Shown piece by piece: positions 1 to 18,455 of a stretch of 64,000 nt of DNA (position 1 is the first letter of the stretch; the number at the start of each line of letters is the position of its first letter). The notes below the pieces were generated by a model that saw only the letters and a program-made list of their open reading frames with translations, did no database searches and was not told the DNA's origin. Origin of the DNA: Trichinella spiralis (taxonomy: Eukaryota); assembly GCF_000181795.1 (NCBI RefSeq), contig NW_003526944.1:4417293-4481292 (forward strand), given 5' to 3'. A program made the translations under genes and the position numbers.

Positions 1-44
1 TGCTGACCACTGCTTCCCGCCGAATATTCGCCGTAACAAGCCAT
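1..44 (-). CDS. YAP1: YAP/Yorkie homologue, 5' fragment of the duplicate copy (runs off the window edge)
   Basis: Identical to 23124-23167, which encodes [14 protein letters not shown]. Confidence 0.8.
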   Translation of the reverse strand, partial: MACYGEYSAGSSGQ

Positions 45-3000
45 TCGAATTTATTCAACAGTTACAATGCATAGCGGTCGAAAATGGCGGGTCGTTTCGA
101 TCTGAAACAAATGAATAAATCAAATCCCAACGTATTTGAGAATTGTTTGTTTCATCCGTGTGAGAAGAACCTTCCCTCCTCTCACACACAAGTGGGATAG
201 AACACCACGCGCTAGTTCAAGCTTGTTCAATGAGCAGAAGCGATAAGCTGGGGCGATTTTGGGGGCCAAGATGGGTTGATCAAACAGTTCTATTTGTCAA
301 AAGGCCACTGGGGCCGAGAGCGCGCGCGCGCTTACAGCTGAAAACAAAGGTAACGGCCGGACAAACTTGTGCACTTTGTAGATCAACAGACATGCATGCA
401 CACACACACACACACGGAGGCGCTTAGAATTAGATGTGCGCAGAAAAACAGCCACAGAGCGAGAGAGTAACAACAAGCGAGCAAAAGTGTGTGCTGACGA
501 TGTTGAGAAAGAAGACGAAGAAGAAGCAGTCGGCCAGCGAGCCAGCCAGACAACCAACCAACCAACCAATCAACCAACCAACTTGCCAGTCACACACCCA
601 CCCAACCACCTACACACACACACACACACGCACACGAATATGCATACATAAACACACATAAACACGTAAAGATATAACTACGGCTCTTCTTTCTCACTGG
701 CAATGCGATGTGATGCGAAAATATGATGATGTGTAGTAGTGTGGAGTGGCAAAAGATGGAGAGATAGAAAGAAGAGACAGAAAAAAAGCAGGCCGAAAAG
801 TAAACACATTTAAACAAAACAGTTGAAGATGATTTTTCTCAAACATTTGCCAGCAGAAGAAAAAGCTAGCTGGCAGACAACTTCTCATTTTGTGAAGAAA
901 ACGTCCAGATACGACAATCAAGAAACACACTGCGTCGATTGTTTGGCTTATTCAATTAAGCAACACTGTGACGTTGTCGTAGAGAGCTGCCTGTACGGCG
1001 GGGGCGGCGAAGCGCTGACTCACACTGATATCGAGCTGAGTGGGTGCGGCTTGGGCGAGGCTTGCAAAGTACGCGATAAAACAAAAATAATTCAGTATCA
1101 AGGTAAATAAAACAAAAGAAACAAAAATAATGCCGGCGAAGAGCCGTCAGCCTTGACCAGCACTGAAGACAAAACTGTTCGAAGACCAGCGACCGAGACA
1201 GTCAGCACTCACGTCAAGGACAGATACTTGTGCGGGCAACTTCGAAATACAGTAATCCAAATGCAATTTGCAAGTGCAAGGCTAGTTTACTGTGTTTGTC
1301 AACATAGTTCTGCAAAAATGAGAATTTATATTGAAATTAAAAATCTACTTAATTGCTTATAATTAATTACAAAAAGCATTAATTGCTATCAAATACTCGA
1401 AATGCGATTCTTCTGATATGTTTTACGCTTTTTTCAAACTTTATTTTTTATATGTTATTAAATTTTCAAATAATGCATTTAATTTTAAAATAAATAATTA
1501 CAAAATGAAAGCAAAAATGAATGATGATATTATTTCTAAAGTGTAAAATGGAAATATTTATTTATTTTACAATTCACTACCTTACGTAATATAAGTTATT
1601 ACAAATGTTAAAATGCTTGTTCTCATTTACAGTTACAGTTCATTTAAACCGATTCTAAAAGCTAATAGGCTTCAGGACAACATATTATCAGTATACTAAA
1701 AAACTAACTGTAATCCACTTACCATTCATTTACTAAGAGAGTTTGCAGTAAGGTTGCCTATGCTGAAAATATGTAAAGTAAAATTTAAATTAAGATACTC
1801 TTTAACATGGAACATTAACTGAAAATCTTGGAAATACATATATTTAAGAGTCGTTAAAATTAAACATTAATAGCTACACCTCAACATGCAATAATAAAAA
1901 CAATAAACACGGTGAATGCAATTAATCTGATTGCGAAGACAAATTTATCTTTTATAAATAACTTTGAAGAATCTGACCCTAAGCTATGTTTTCACACCTA
2001 CTTTTTACATTCATCTTTATAAGGAGAGAAACTAAAGTTTTTAAATAAATTAAAAATGCCTGCAGTCAACACTGAAATGACCACTTTAAAAAATCTATAA
2101 TCTAACAAAAATATAAAAAGAAAGTGAATTATTGTTGCAGTGATTCTCGAATTTGAAATAAGTTTTTCAAAATGATATTTATAAATTCTTATTTATGAAT
2201 TCTTTGAAAATTTCGCTTCTTAAGTACCACAAACTGCTTTGAAACCCTATCTAGACGTGGCATTTATTGTCAGGCAGAATAACAGAAATGAAAATATTTT
2301 TATTCAACATGACACAAGTAATAACAACCATACATTCACTACTGCGTTATCAATCGCTACGCTTCTTTTACCCTTACTGTATAAATTTTTTTCTACTTAG
2401 TGTGCTTTTACATGCAATCACTACTCGCGCAGCTGTTTTAGACATACGTATTTACTATATAAACATGTTGTTCGTACATTGATTATAATGAAAAAATTTT
2501 TAAATAAAATAACTGAATCTTCATTATCTTCATAACGAATCTTCATTAAATACATAAAGGTGCTTCAACTTTCAAACGGATTTCTCAATTTAAACTGCTT
2601 CGATGATGCTGCCCATTAAAGTTGAATTATCAAAAATCTATAAAGTGTTATCAATTTCTAACAATTCTTATATTTTGTCTGTGTTAGAAACAAAAGCATC
2701 CAGAAGTCAAGTTTAAACGGACTGTATAAAATTTTGGTGGGAATCTAAAACACATCTATCAGACAGTAGAGATAGCGAAATAGCGAAAATAAAGTAACAG
2801 CATTGACTAACTCGGCCGATCAAAGCTGACCAATCAACTTCGGCCAATCAACGAACGATATTCCTAAGATGGTTAAGTTTTCGTAATACATTTGTTTATG
2901 CAGAATTTCATATGCAAAATAATATAAAATGTTTATTTTAAAAATTAAAATACGTGATATTCTTAAATATTATTTTGGTGGCTCAAAATAGTAATTCTAT

Positions 3001-3099
3001 GATTTGATTTGCAGGTTAAATTAATGAGACACGTACACTACAGTAGTAAGTTAACGATATTTATCATTTGTGTAGTAATTAAGTCGGTCGTTGCTTGTA

Positions 3100-4063
3100 A
3101 TGGTGAGTTTAAATTACTTATGAACATAATGCGTTATTATGCACGATCATGTTTTTAGTCACATCGCAAATTCTCTGCCCCTAGACACGGCCACGTTGGA
3201 TTTCTTCCGAAAAAACGATCGAAACGTCATCGCGGAAAAGTAAAGAGTTTTCCTAAAGATGATCCGCAAAAACCTGTTCATTTGACAGCATTTATCGGAT
3301 ACAAAGCAGGCATGACGCATATTGTTCGCGAAGTGGACAAACCTGGTTCAAGTAATTTTGTTTTTTTCCACTTCAAGCTATTAGTCAACGTATTGATATT
3401 AAGTTGTTTTATTTATAACTGTTAAATGAATCGAAATATATTTTGAATGAGATTTTCTCGTTTTGCTTCAGTTTAATTTTAAATATGTTTTCTAGAAATA
3501 AACAAGAAAGATGTAGTCGAAGCGGTTACAGTTCTGGAAACGCCTCCAATGGTTATTGTAGGCAAGTGTTTGTATTTTTATTCGTTAAAATTTTAATTTA
3601 CAAAGAAGCTGAAATTTACTTGAATGTTTAATAGTGAAACATGTAGATTATTGGGACAGTTTTATTTCATAAGTGATTGTGAAAATAAGATTAAAATTTT
3701 TTTTATTTAAGGTGTTGTTGGTTATATTGAAACACCACAAGGATTGCGTGCTTTTAAAACGATTTGGGCTGAGCATTTGAGTGATGATTGTAAACGTCGG
3801 TTTTACAAACGTTGGTAAGTTAAATTCGACCTGATGATACAAGACCAGGAAGACAAGAGCAATGCAAATTGAAAACTCTCCAATGCCTTTATGAGTATGA
3901 GGGTTCAATTTTGTTCCATGGTTTAAGGTACAAGTGTGAGAGAAAAGCATTTACGAAAGCAAGCAAAAAATGGCAAGATGAAGCTGGTGTAAAGGAAATT
4001 CAAACTGACTTTGCGAGAATGATCAAATATTGCAAAGTCATTCGCGTGATTGCACACACTCAA
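3100..4063 (+). CDS. RPL3: 60S ribosomal protein L3, partial duplicate copy truncated by an N gap
   Basis: Spliced translation [22 protein letters not shown]...[10 protein letters not shown], ending at the gap at 4075. Confidence 0.93.
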
Positions 4064-4126
4064 GTTTGTTTATTNNNNNNNNNNCTAAAAATGTCACTTT
4101 TCAGTAGAGTATTCAAGTTATATCTG

Positions 4127-5081
4127 ATGGCAGGTTACAGCCGATTCACTACCGTCTAACGATGACGTCACTTATAAAGAAGATTCCGTCTTAGCTTACG
4201 TAAACAAAGACTTTTGTGGAACTGGAACTCTATTCATTTGTTACAAGTGAGATTATAAATATGTTTTTCTCAATATGAATAAGTACGCTTTGTTTTAGCG
4301 GCATAATTTGGGCCAACGAAAATAAGTTAGGCTTTGAATTACCATACTCTACGATTGCAATGCATGCTATTTGTCGGGATTTAAGTGTTGTTCCGCATGA
4401 AAGCTTGTACATATTCCAGGATTTCTCGAAGGGTAAGCATTGTTGTTAGAAGTGCATTGTTCATTGATTATTCAGTTTTATTTGAAATGAAATTAAAACT
4501 TTTGAATTTAGACGATTCACAGTGTTTAGACAAGCAGCATTTCAATATAGATGTTCTTGTAACTGACAGCAAAGATGGTACGTGAATTGTTCACACTTAA
4601 CAATAAATTACACTGTGAAATGTGTTTAAATAAGTATTTTTATTACTGTATGCAGAAGTTGCCAATGAAAATGGTGAAGATGGAGAAAATGATGAACAAA
4701 TGGATGCAACAAATTCGGTCTATTATCATTTTGCTCCGAGTTCTCCGGAATCTTGTAAGATTACAGACTATATATTATAAGACATATAAGACTATATTAT
4801 GTTGAAAATTGTTTTTTTAGTGAACACAATTTTTCAAATGATAACTAAAGTACAATCAGAAGAATGTTTCGATGATTTTGAGGGTAAAATAAAAAAAGTT
4901 TCAATCAAATAGTTGATTTTACATTTTCAGAGACGCTGCCCTATGATATGTGCACTTTGAGTAAAGAAGAGCAAGAACTGTTGGATAGAATGGGTGGCGG
5001 TAGGTTTACTAAATCATGCATATTTTGACATATGTTCACAATATATTTTTAGTCGGACTCAGCGAAAATGAAGAAGACTGA
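4127..5081 (+). CDS. CLNS1A: Methylosome subunit pICln, duplicate copy (1-nt deletion just after the ATG, near a contig end)
   Basis: Matches 30565-31523. This copy reads atggcaggttacag versus atggcaggcttacag in the other. Confidence 0.75.
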
Positions 5082-5206
5082 AAAAAATGGTCTGAAATAA
5101 AACCGTGGAATTTACATTCTAGAGCAGTATCGTTATAAAACTAATCATTTAATTTCAATATTTATTTCATATTTTCATACATGTAGTAGTCTAGATAAAG
5201 GTGTGT

Positions 5207-5829
5207 TCAGTGTTCACTTTGTTCATAGCTGGCGCGAGTTGCCCAGTATGGCTTCCTACCAGTAAATGTTTTATAATCGCGATATTCTTTTTTGATTCTA
5301 TCTAAATGCGGCTTCAAATACCAAGTTTCCTGAAATGAAAAATCGTATTAACGCAAGCTCATCGGACAAAATCACTCACATCTTCCCATTTAGTCCACTG
5401 ATCCTTCGGTAAATATTCATGTTTAAGAGTTAGTTGTGCAGCTCGAAGCAGACGAATTGCTCTCTTGTCATACTCTTCTGGCGACAAACGTTTTACAGCC
5501 TCTTCCACAATTTCTTTCGATTCAGAGTATGTATCGTGCCAAAGTAAGCCTGAAACAATTTTCCAAAAAAAACAAATTCAAATAACTGAAAATTTACCGT
5601 AACGTCGCCCTGTCCACGAATGCCATATTGTTTTTCGAAGCCAATTTGCAAACGGTCCTACGTATTGAGAAGAAATATTTGTTAAACATAATGAACATAC
5701 ATATATATGTATATTACTGTGTATTTATTTTTCTTAAAAGCGCACGACAGCATTACTGCTGAATAAAAGGACTTGCAAAAACTCACCATTAAAACGAAAT
5801 GATACCTGTCGCGCTGCTTCTGATCCCAT
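5207..5829 (-). CDS. UQCRB: Cytochrome b-c1 complex subunit 7, duplicate copy
   Basis: Matches 31649-32271. Confidence 0.85.
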
Positions 5830-6401
5830 AGCAAAAGTGACCGAAAAATAACGTAACGAATAAAATTATACTGTAGATCAGTATTAAATGAAAAGCAAGT
5901 ATTTGTAAATAATGTTTAATATTAAAAGCTACAGAAAAATTATTCATTAATAATATTTTGCAAAAATTTTTTGTTGAATTTATTTACCATAGTGATTAAT
6001 TACTAGAAATCATATTTAAACAAGCATTTTATTTCTCATCAAAAAAGTATTCCAATTTTTTGTAGCACATTAAGTTTAAAATGCTGTAGCAAGTTACCTT
6101 TTCAATAAATAATTTCGAATATTGTTTAGATTCTATTTTTATAATATTGGGCCATTCTTCTATTTCCATTGTACCGGTTGTTCTTGAAAAATCATATTCT
6201 TTGAGNNNNNNNNNNNNNNNNNNNNNNNNNNNNNNNNNNNNNNNNNNNNNNNNNNNNNNNNNNNNNNNNNNNNNNNNNNNNNNNNNNNNNNNNNNNNNNN
6301 NNNNNNNNNNNNNNNNNNNNNNNNNNNNNNNNNNNNNNNNNNNNNNNNNNNNNNNNNNNNNNNNNNNNNNNNNNNNNNNNNNNNNNNNNNNNNNNNNNNN
6401 N

Positions 6402-10245
<3,844 letters not shown>

Positions 10246-10565
10246 TGCTCAGTTGAATTAATTTTAGTGCATTGGTTTTTTTAAATTTAATCTAATTTTA
10301 TTTTATTTTACTATAATGTTCTGTTTCACATTGTCAGATGACAATTTGTATATATGTATATATGTTTGATTTTGTTGCCTGTTGAAATGAAAAATATAAT
10401 AAAGGACAATTCATACTGTAGGCGGAATATTCAACTTGACGAGGTAGATTGTCCGGCTGGTGATTTTTCATTTCGATTCAAGTGTTGTACGATTGTGTTG
10501 ATGTGTTTTGACTTTTCAGTTACAAAGTGATATATAACTTACAGTAAGTGATATAAAGAAAAAAG

Positions 10566-12299
10566 ATGAACTCCAGAGATCGATTAACGTTGGACGAAGC
10601 GGTGTTTGCGGAAAAGCGTCAGGTATGGTAAATTTGAAAAATACTTTGGCCTGGATAAAGTCATCATTTTTCTTTTTTGTAGGTTACTTTCCTTTGGCTG
10701 AGCGGACAGTTGAACGTGCACGTGAACAAAGCGAAAGAGTAAGAAATGGATTTTTTCTTTGAACAATGTTTTTTTTATTTACTTTTAAATTATGATTATC
10801 GTTTTGTTGTTCAATGTTTTTTCAGATTACTGAAACAATATTACATCGACCATTTGTCGGAGAAAAATATAACAGCAGTGTTTTATCTTTCTGGTTACAA
10901 GTATCTCGGTGTGCACAGGGTGAATTGGGTGAAAAAATTTTCCACTGCTCAACTTGTGCTTTATTGCGTTTGTGTTTTTTCAAGATTCTTCGAATTTTTT
11001 ATGCTCGAGAGGAGCATTTGGATTTGCTGAAGAGTCATTTGGATGAAATTTTGAGCTGTCACATTTACAGTGTTCAATGCTGTCCATTGAAAGTAATTTT
11101 GTTGATTTTTCTTTAATATGTATATATTGTAATGAAATAATTTCAGGATATTTGTGGACTATTCGCATCCGACATGCAATCCATTATGCCTTCCAATGAG
11201 TATTAAGTTGAATTGAATTTTTTTAATCATAATTTTGTTGTTTTTGTGCACAGTTTATTACCAATTTTACCTTTGCATATTGGCTATTCGGAGTCGAGAA
11301 CGGAACAGTCAAAAACGAGCGAACAACAATCAACTGCCAAAAAATGCAAAGCACCAAAAGTGATTGATTTTTTTAAATTAAACACATTGAACAGAATTAA
11401 TGATTATATTGTTTTGAGGTGGTTGAATCAACTGCCGAAGCTGGACAATTTGAAAGTGTAATTGTATTGTAGAAATTGAAATTTGTGTTAATTTGGGTGT
11501 GGTTGATTTTTTTGTTGATTTTCCAGCAGCGCGAGCAAACTGAACAGAAGAAGAGAAAAGCTGACGACGCCCTGTTGAAAGCATCCGGTGAAAAAGAAAA
11601 AATGCAAAAAATTTCAAGTGAGTTTCTCGTATTGACGATTAGCAGTTTATATTGTTTGTTTTGCTTTTGTTTCAAAGGTAAAAAAGGCAAAGATCGAACA
11701 AAAGGGCGAGACGTGGATAAGGTCGAACAAGAAGGGGTAGTGCATGGAAATGGTTCAGAAAATGGAGGATCACTTCCTTCTGTCCACAAGACGGTCAAAC
11801 GTAGAAAGAGGAATAAAAAAGTCGAAGAAGAGAAGCTGGTACACATTGGCCGTGGACGAAGCAGCACACCGAGCGATGATGAGAATGACCAGCAGAATGT
11901 GGAAGCAGATTTAATAAATGATGATGAAGAAGAGATTAAATTGCACAAAAAGAATCAAAACACTGCTGGCGATGTCGATCTGAACAGCAGTGGGGAATCG
12001 GAAACCAACAATCCAGGTCCTGCGCGTATCAAAAGGATGAAAACAACGTACAAAACTTACATCGACGACGAAGGCTATCTAGGTATGTTTTGTTTGGGGA
12101 TTTTTCAAGTGAATGCAAATCACTGGTCTTGTTGGCAATTTTAGTGAGTAAGCGGATTCGTGAAATGGAAACGGTCGATGCAGACAAATGTGATGTAATC
12201 GACAAACATACTGACGTGGCTGACAATAAGAAACTGACATCTACCGTTAAAGGACCAAAAAAGCAAACATCGTTGGCAAGTTTTTGGAAAAAATCTTAA
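10566..12299 (+). CDS. POLD3: DNA polymerase delta subunit 3, duplicate copy
   Basis: Matches 36929-38693, including the C-terminal PIP box QTSLASFW. Confidence 0.85.
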
Positions 12300-12917
12300 C
12301 TCTTAAACAAAAATAATTGACCACAAGTATTTTTTTTCTATATTGACACAAAGTAAAAATGCGATTATTTTTTTTTGAAAAAGTTTCGTGTTTGCTCTTT
12401 TCACTTTGGTCGGATTGTTTACCGAAAATTTTTATATATGATTTATTTGATGGTCAATAAACCAAAAATAATATGCTAACGGTATAAACAACATTTTAGC
12501 TCAAATTTCACAATGGGGCATTTCCTTTCCCGTTCCACCAATCTCAGGTAACGATGTCATTTTTATTTATTTTAATTCCAGATAATATATCAATGAAGTA
12601 TACAGTTTGATGGAAAAGTTACAGATTTAATCGAATTGTTGTTTGCTGCATATGTTTACTCTAAACGTGTAAACATGCTATTCTGCATACTTCAGAATTG
12701 TTGTTTTGAAACTGACTGTTTTTAAAAATGACGTCATTGAATATGAGTGCTTCCGCTCAGTACAAACTTATAAATATATATGCATTTCTTCACCATCACT
12801 TTACACTGCCACTTTTTTGTCTTATTTTTTTTAATTTGGTTTTTTTTGAAATTTCTCAAACTCTCTATTCTCTTTNNNNNNNNNNACAAATTATTGTTGC
12901 TACTTAATTTCTCATAG

Positions 12918-13623
12918 TCAACTTATTTGTTTGAAATTTTACATTTCTATTTAAATAAATACCAATTAGATCTATTACAATCCCTTTCTTTCATAATTGA
13001 AATTATTATTATCATCAAAAGCACAGTTTTGTTTTTGATAACGTTCTTTGTATTAACAAAAGAGTGAAAATATAAAAACTAAAATATCGAAATGTTTGAA
13101 AATAATTTACATACGTGTTGCTGACTAATATAATTATTACTGTAATTCATTTAAGTTATAATTGAAGTATAGTTTAAAATTGGGAAAAAATAATGTCAGC
13201 AAAAATCAGCGAATAGTGAAAATTATCTTCTCACAATACTAGATGACACTGTTCACATCATGTTATAAAATATGCAAAATGAAAATGAATAAACGCATTT
13301 CATACAAAAACTATTTCATACTTTTATAGGTCAGCTTTACACTTTTAATTTGTCTGACTACACTCAATGTTATGCATAATATTCATTTATAAAAATTGAA
13401 TTTCATAGAATTTATTCAATTTCCAAAATGAAGAAGAAAATTACAATTTAGCCATGAACAATGGAAGATTATAGCGTGATTTTGACTTTCAAAAAATCAA
13501 TAAAATATAACAACGCTAATTTGCATACTATGCGCGTAGTTTTCACATTCAACGTTGAATTAAATGTTCTTCTGAATAATAAATTCTCATAGCATCTCAA
13601 CCAAATATAGGATATAAAAAATT
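12918..13623. repeat. About 700-bp AT-rich dispersed repeat, inverted relative to 52765-53463
   Basis: Reverse complement is visible along its length, e.g. accaattagatctattacaatccc versus gggattgtaatagatctaattgg. Contains ATTTGCAT. Confidence 0.9.
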
Positions 13624-14378
13624 ATTAGCGAAAAGCATCCCACCCCTCTTAAAAAACAACTACATATACATACACAAAATATACTACATCGATTTCTAGG
13701 AAAGTATGAAAAGCAACAGCTGCCATCATTTACGACTTCTGCTAAAACAGAACGAGAAAGTTTTCAGGGGGTCCGCCACCATATAAGGGATAGATCACAT
13801 TCAGCAGCAAGCGTTCACCATCTCCATATGGGAATGCATTAAAATATCTGCAAAAGATTCAATTCCTCTTCTGAAAAAACTTTTTGTCATGAACATTCAT
13901 AAGAACGTGCACAATGTAGCAATGAAGAGCTACCCCAACAAAGTGATTTTGTCGAGCGTTTCTCAAAGCTTTTATATTACCTCTATTTCAGTTCATCAAA
14001 AAGTACAACTTTTGAACGCGTAGAGAGGTTTCCAAAATAATGATCTAGCAAAAAATTAAACGCATACCGTTAATATGAAGTAGAAATGAAATCGATTACG
14101 GAATTGTGTTAAACAACGTTAAGAATCAACAATGGCACTCTAAACTTGATAAAATAACAAAACTGTTACTGCTCAAATTAATCATACAATGCAAACGCTG
14201 ATGTCTGTCAGAAGATAAAAATCTTGCAACTACTGTACATTATTTAATAACTATTCATTGTAAAAGCAGCATTAAACAAAGAAACTAAACTCTGAAAATC
14301 TATCCGTCATTTATAATGAAAAGTACACCATTTGTATAAAAGTTGATTACATCTATTAATAAATTAAATAGGCATTCT

Positions 14379-15166
14379 ATGAAAGAATTACTTACCAAAA
14401 ATTTGTTAACTGGGATGTAAAAATAGCATTAACACTGCTGATCAAGAATGAGAAATCACTTTACAGTATGAACTCGCATTTGAAGAAAATGAAGAACATA
14501 TTCAAATATTTTTGATTTTTTAATTTCACAATATTCATTTCCGGCATGCATCGTATTATAAAATTAATAAATATAATTTTCAATAATTTTAAACCAAGCT
14601 TTGAACTTTTTAAGTTATGACGATCTTTGTTTAAAGCAGTAGGATAAAGTGATTATTTTAAAGTGCTCTTTCACCACGCTCCCTTTGAGTGAAAATTTAT
14701 TTTCATTGTTGCCAATTTTGCAGGCCTGTGCTCCACTGTTCAAGGTAAGTAAATACGAGCGTATTAAAATTACAGTCGGTGAAGCCTTCTGTTTTTTTCC
14801 AGCAGAATGAAATTCTTTCAATATGCAGTGGATGAAAAACTTTATGGATCGCTGTACGGAGTAGGCGCACCAGCAAAGTATTTGGTGCTGACCAATCAGC
14901 AAATGACAAGTTCCGAAACGGAAGAGTGCGATGCTGAACGTCCGAAGCTGACGGATGCACAGCTGGAAGCTGGGATGATGTCTCAGAAAGTCGAAATATC
15001 CGAGCAGTTCGAGGAAGCAGGTACCCGTGATTGTGCAAATTCTGAAGAAGACGAAGATTTAGCAGAAGCGTTCCAAACTTACCTTTATTATTTTATGATC
15101 TTCTTTGTCTTATCGATTTTCATGTTTTCTTTATGGCTTACATCGTTATTATTTTGCAAATCATAA
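14379..15166 (+). CDS. Orphan acidic protein with a C-terminal transmembrane helix (tail-anchored-like), paralogue 1; 5' end uncertain
   Basis: Frame-consistent exons ~14379-14416, 14615-14638, 14724-14744 and 14803-15166 give ...YDDLCLKQPVLHCSSRMKFFQY...YLYYFMIFFVLSIFMFSLWLTSLLFCKS*. Confidence 0.6.
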
Positions 15167-15480
15167 TTAATTGATGATAAATAATGCTTAACGTTTCAAA
15201 ATAACCTAATTGTTTTAGTTTTAAATAAAATTTTGTAAATGTAGTTTTCGTTTTCCGATTCACATAGGATATTGAGAGTGTGAACCTAAATCAAAAAACA
15301 AAGCCTATTTGCACCTTAGCGATTTGATATAATAAAATGAAATTTGCAAGAGACGACTGTAATGGCTTTAATGGGTGAAGCAATCTCTGGAATAATGAAT
15401 AATGCATGGTGTTGTTTGGAGAAAAAAGAAGAGAAGAAACAACACGAATACAAGGAAAATAAATATGACTTATGGCAGAG

Positions 15481-15877
15481 TTAGCTGATGAGCCGGTGGG
15501 TGAAACTTCTCCACGGGCGTGGCAGTTCATTTTTCATACGGTAATAACTAGGCTGGTAGAGAGGTTCGAATTCTCTGAGCTCGCGACGTCTGCGCGTTTC
15601 AGAATTGGTCGGTGTGAGCCAATATTTCACCAACGCGCTCGACGTCATGCACCTCTTCTTGTACAAATCTACAGCGTCGTCCACGTCCATGTGATGCACG
15701 TATGTCCGATACGGTGCACCATAACGCGGAGGTGTGTAGCCGTATGATGGCGACAGTTTAATGTTGCTGTGGTACATTGGCAGTGTATTGTCTGAACGGC
15801 TTGTAACTCTGCGTGTAATGGGACGGCTTCAGAGTGCTTCTTCGATTGAATTTTGCTTCTTTCCTCAGACCTTCCAT
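15481..15877 (-). CDS. Hypothetical Tyr/Pro/Arg-rich protein, possibly frameshifted near 15780
   Basis: A 98-aa ORF with protein-like composition (MDVDDAVDLYKKRCMTSSALVKYWLTP). An upstream frame MEGLRKEAKFNRRSTLKPSHY overlaps it out of frame. Confidence 0.45.
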
Positions 15878-17667
15878 GCCAAAAGTCGTCGCCTGTCACA
15901 TTATAATTGCAATATATTCATTTACATTTCATTTTAATGCTGTTCCACACGCAGCAATGCAAGGCACACGTTCAATGGATATTTGCCACACATCATTGAA
16001 TTGTTTGCTGTACTAGGATGCGAATGTGATCGTAATTTGCAAAATGTATTCAGATAAAGTATCAAAATGGCACCAATGATAAGCCGTTCAATATTCAAAA
16101 ATTATCCAGATGAATTGGCGAATAAGTTCCTGTACAAACGCTCGCAATACGTTTACTTTAATTATATCAATTTTTTGAAGATTATTTCATAATTTACATT
16201 AATTTGTATTTAACGCCACAGTTGTAACTGCTTTGAAATCAATCACAGTTCATAAAGATGTGCGTTGTACAGCTGTTATCGCTCTTCCACTGTTGACTTG
16301 GGTTTGCCATTTGACGGAATACGTAATTTTATATGATATATTTGAACGTTGTAGAAATGAAGCCCAGGCAGAGGAACAACAAAAGGAGATTTAAGCAGAT
16401 TTGAAGGCAAAACAAGAAATCAAAATTGACCTATTCGACTGCATGTCATATTTGTGAATTCCCTCTGCGATGAGTCTATGCGTTATTGTGCAACTGCTAC
16501 GGTACCATAAATTTGGATATTTCAGTTGGCAACGCATTTTCAGTTCATCTTCTGAGTCCATCTGTAAAGCTGAAGAAAATAACTTCATTTTTGCAAGAGT
16601 TGAAGTTGGAAAATGCAATACAGAGCAAGTGAAACTTCAAAATACAACGTTCAGTACAACAGTGCAATTTCATATTACTTATTAATTGCATCCATGACAG
16701 TCGTTAGTTGCACACACATTAAATAAATGCAGGTATCTGATGAGGGATGATTACCATTGAAGCTCATTGACATTTTATTACATTCAAATTCAATTCCAGT
16801 AGACAATTTTATCAACCCTCAACTGAACAAAACTCTTCACCTTTTAGCTTGAAGCATAGCAAAAGAACTGCAACATTTTTGTATAATTTCAATAAACGGA
16901 AAATGCACATTTGCAGATGTCGTTTTTATTTGTAACTGTAAAATTTCAACAGATCATAAAATGGTAAATAAACTTTTGATTACAAGATAAATCTGATATG
17001 GTAGAAAAATTGGTGAATGCTGTTGAAAATTTAGATAAACGAAAAAAATCATACACTATCCATTCATTCACACATACATAGATCACATTCAGTAGCAAAT
17101 GTTCATCATCTCTCTAAGAGAATGTAATAAAATACCTAAAAAGAATTCAATCACTTTTGTGAAAAAATTATTTGTTATTAAAATTCATGAGAACGTAAAT
17201 CAATGTAGCAATGAACAGGTGCCCTAACAAAGTGATTTTGCCGAGCGTTTCTCAAAGCTTTTATATTACCTCTATTTCAGTTCATCAAAAAGTACAACTT
17301 TTTGACGCGTTGAGAGGTTTTCAAAATAATGATCTAGCAAAAGATTAAACGCATACCGTTAATATGAACTAGAAATGAAATCAATTACTGAATTGTGTTA
17401 ACTAACGTTAAGAATAAACAACGGCACTCTAAACTTGATAAAATAACAACACTGTTACCGCTCAAATTAATCATACAATGCAAACGCTGATGTCTGTCAG
17501 AAGATAAAAATCTTGCAACTACTGTACATTATTTAATAACTATTCATTGTAAAAGCAGCATTAAACAAAGAAACTAAACTCTGAAAATCCATCCGTCATT
17601 TATAATGAAAAGTACACCATTTGTATAAAAGTTGATTACATCTATTAATAAATTAAATAGGCATTCT

Positions 17668-18455
17668 ATGAAAGAATTACTTACCAACAATTTGTCAACT
17701 GGGAGGTAAAAGTACATTAACACTGCTGATCAAGAATGACAAATCACATTACAGTATGAACTGGCATATAAGGAAAATGAAGTCCGTATTTATATACTTT
17801 TGAATTTTAGATTTTACAATATTCATTTGTCGGTATTCAACGTATTATAAAATTAATAAATATAATTTTCAATAATTTTAAACCAGGCTTTGAACTTTTT
17901 AAGTTATGACGATCTTTGTTTAAAGCAGTAGCATAAAGTGATTATTTTAAAGTGCTCTTTCACCACGCTCCCTTTGAGTGAAAATTTATTTTCATTGTTG
18001 CCAATTTTGCAGGCCTGTGCTCCACTGTTCAAGGTAAGTAAATACGAGCGTATTAAAATTACAGTCGGTGAAGCCTTCTGTTTTTTTCCAGCAGAATGAA
18101 ATTCTTTCAATATGCAGTGGATGAAAAACTTTATGGATCGCTGTACGGAGTTGGTGCACCAGCAAAGTATTTGGTGCTGACCAATCAGGAAATGGCAAGT
18201 TCCGAAACGGAAGAATGGGGTGCTGAACGTCCGAAGCTGACGGATGCACAACTGGAAGCTGGGATGATGTCTCAGAAAGTCGAAATATCCGAGCAGTTGG
18301 AGGAAGCAAGTACCCGTGATTGTGCAAATTCTGAAGAAGACGAAGATTTAGCAGAAGCGTTCCAAACTTACCTCTATTTTTTTATGATCTTCTTTTCCTT
18401 ATCGACTTTTATGTTTTCTTTATGGCTTACATGGTTATTATTCTGCAAATCATAA
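17668..18455 (+). CDS. Orphan acidic protein with a C-terminal transmembrane helix, paralogue 2
   Basis: Same exon structure as 14379-15166. The frame stays open with several amino-acid changes. Confidence 0.6.

Noticed and set aside
230..1362. Short ORFs upstream of YAP (and at 23353-24479)
   Set aside because: Microsatellite or low-complexity UTR/promoter sequence with no recognisable protein.
4127..4145. Frameshift in the first pICln copy suggesting a pseudogene
   Set aside because: It lies in error-rich sequence next to an N gap and is probably a base-calling error.
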